DNA of 63,791 bases, filler included, from Rhizaria sp. SCN 62-66 (taxonomy: Eukaryota): assembly GCA_001724265.1 (NCBI GenBank). It is 5 parts of 5 records of this genome, joined end to end, with 100 filler letters (N's around TTAATTAATTAA, not from the genome) between each part and the next. Parts side by side here need not be neighbours in the genome. Positions count along the whole stretch, not along the records: positions 49,562 to 63,791 come from MEDY01000664.1; 4 more parts are not named here. One strand, given 5' to 3'. Numbering within the stretch: the first letter of the stretch is position 1; each line of letters starts with the position of its first letter. This document shows positions 61,647 through 63,791 of the stretch, piece after piece. Both the position numbers and the translations under genes were made by a program. A model generated the notes under the pieces. That model made no database searches, had not been told where the DNA came from, and worked only from the letters and a program-made list of their open reading frames with translations.

Positions 61647-62759
61647 ATGTACTTTGTTGCTGCCGCTGTTCTTGCCGCTGGTATTAGCGCATACTTCTTC
61701 GCGAAGAAGGCCGGACTTATCGGTGGTCCCCGCGCCATCCAGCTCACGCCCGAATACGTCGACTACACTCTCATCGAGAAGGTACGCTTACTCTTTTTAT
61801 GGCCCCATATACTTGTTTATATACGAATTCCGCGACATTTCTTCATGTGCCTGCTTGCTTTATTCCCGCCTAGCTGCTCTTCTTCATTGTCAAAACCCGT
61901 ATTTCCTTAACTCCGCACACGCCAGCCACACACGCCAGTTCCTCACTCATACGCTTACTGTTGACCCAAATCGTTCTATCTTGCTTCGCAACCTTTGCAG
62001 CGTGACGTGATCTCGCCCGACGTGGGCCTGCACACGATGCTGTTCCGCTTCCAGCTGCCCGAGGGCGCATACCTGGCGCTGCCCATCGGCCAGCACCTCT
62101 CGATCCGCGCCCCGACCCCCGGCCAGGACACCGCGTTCGTGTCGCGCCAGTACACGCCCACCACCTCCGTCGATACCGTGGGCTACTTCGACCTCGTGAT
62201 CAAGATCTACCCCACCGGCGTGATGGGCAACTACCTCAAGAACCTCCCCACGGGCTCCAAGGTCGGCGTCCGCGGCCCCAGTGGGTCGCTCCAGTACAAG
62301 GGCAGCGGCGAGTTCGTGATCCGCCGCAAGAACGAGGCCACGGGCACCGCCGCGCCTGTCACTTACAGCAACATGTCCGTCGGCATGATCGCCGGCGGCT
62401 CGGGCGTCACGCCCATGCTGCAGCTGATCCGCTACATCTCGGCCCGCGCGTCGGACCCCACGAAGTTGTCGCTGGTGCTGGGCAACCAGACCGAGGGCGA
62501 CATCATGTGCCGCGAGGAGCTCGAGGCCGCCGCTGAGCGCAACCCTAACTTCAAGCTCCACTTCATGGTCGACCGGTCGAACAACACGGCCTGGCGCTAC
62601 GGCGTCGGCTACATCACCGCGGACGTCATCAAGGCGCAGCTGCCCCCGCCCGGCAAGAACACGCTCATCCTCATGTGCGGCCCCCCGCCGATGCTCACGG
62701 CGATGAAGAAGAACCTCGCCGCGCTCGGCTACACCGACGACATGATCTTCTGCTACTAA
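61647..62759 (+). CDS. CBR1: NADH-cytochrome b5 reductase, exons 61647-61781 and 62001-62759
   Basis: N-terminal membrane anchor, LPIGQHL, RQYTP, FDLVIKIYPTGVMG, RGPSG, GMIAGGSGVTPMLQ and LMCGPPPM. Phase-0 GT-AG intron. Stop is TAA. Confidence 0.95.
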
Positions 62760-63694
62760 GCGCAGAGACGCACGGCTTTCAGTCCCTGAAAACAAGCGCA
62801 AATGGAAGTAAACACAGCTGTACACAGACAGCTTTGCTTTTTACATTGGACTTGGTTTTGTTTGAGAGTTTTGAGTTGTATGTTTGGACGAGAACGATTA
62901 TGATAACTGATGATATGTTAATTTTGATATTACGATACAAAGTCTATTTTTACATGTACGAATGTCGAGTTACGCTTAGCTTCACAGCGATGCCGATGAA
63001 GGCGCATGCACCAAGCTGTTAGCTGCGTGAACTTAGCATGGTTGCGCAATTACTTGGCTTGGATGTGTATTGTCCATATACGCAGCCGATTCATAGATGC
63101 ATTTAACTTCGGGCGCCAACACATACTCATGACGCAGTAGAAAGTATTCGCAGTCGTTCTTAGAACGTAACCCTCGAATCAACAGTTGCATTAGTCACAA
63201 AACTTGCATTTCATATAAGTTTGGAGAACGAGAGTGTGTTTGATTGTGTAAACCCAACGGGGGGTGTATTTGGAATTGTGTTGTCAAAAATAAAAAGTTG
63301 TCATCATTTGTTGCATGTCATCGTCTTGTCGTCTCATCACACACACATCATCGCAGCCAAAAACTCCGCTGCAGGCAGGACAGGCAGGGCGCCCCCAAAC
63401 GAGGGACGCGACCGCTGCCCCCACGCACGGCGCGGGAGGAATAAGATTATAGATTATATCTGCGCTTTCATAAGGCAGCACTCACTCGGGACGAGGGAAG
63501 TGTCAAGTGGCACCTCACTAAGAGCAGCAGGAATGCGGCTAAAGCATCACTCAAGCGCGCACAAGAAGCAGAAGGGGAAAAAAGAAAAACCAGTAACTAA
63601 AAAAAGTGATTTCAAAAAGACAATGTCAGACCAACAAAAGAGGCAAGACAGATCTTTGTGATATGTTTTTTGTTTAGCAAGTTAAACTTCAAAC

Positions 63695-63791
63695 TTAGTT
63701 CTTGCGGGCAGCGATCTCGGCAGCAAGCTTGGCAGCCTTCTCCTCGACCTCCTTGATGTTGCCGACCATGTAGAAGGCCTGCTCAGGGAGG
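63695..63791 (-). CDS. ATP2: F1 ATP synthase beta subunit, C-terminal end (continues beyond the window)
   Basis: LPEQAFYMVGNIKEVEEKAAKLAAEIAARKN followed by TAA. Confidence 0.92.
   Translation of the reverse strand, partial: LPEQAFYMVGNIKEVEEKAAKLAAEIAARKN

Noticed and set aside
1-63791. Prokaryotic systems (CRISPR arrays, operons, defence islands)
   Set aside because: Spliceosomal introns and eukaryote-specific genes show this is a eukaryotic nuclear locus, and no repeat-spacer array was seen.

Overview
Eukaryotic (protist-like) nuclear DNA with GC-rich coding regions and AT-rich GT-AG introns of about 170-240 nt. It comes as five segments joined by artificial 100-nt N/TTAATTAATTAA spacers. 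Contents in order: a decaying cluster of importin-alpha-like ARM genes with a foldback element; a GNPTAB-like Stealth gene (LNR + EF-hand); a Tc1/IS630 transposase relic; TFIIH helicase XPB; an uninterrupted 28.7-kb Ala-rich ORF with PLU-1-like segments and two PHD fingers (KDM5/JARID1-like); Sec16; an ankyrin-repeat protein; a small membrane protein; NADH-cytochrome b5 reductase; and the 3' end of ATP synthase beta. Main result: four unrelated genes (XPB, Sec16, the ankyrin protein, and importin-alpha-like with two sites) carry in-frame TAG codons and their reading frames continue past them. All seven gene ends I can identify are TAA or TGA. This points to a nuclear code with UAG as a sense codon (best fit Gln) while UAA and UGA remain stops. 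Second result: short deletions hit conserved motifs of otherwise pristine genes, which could be biology or an assembly artefact.
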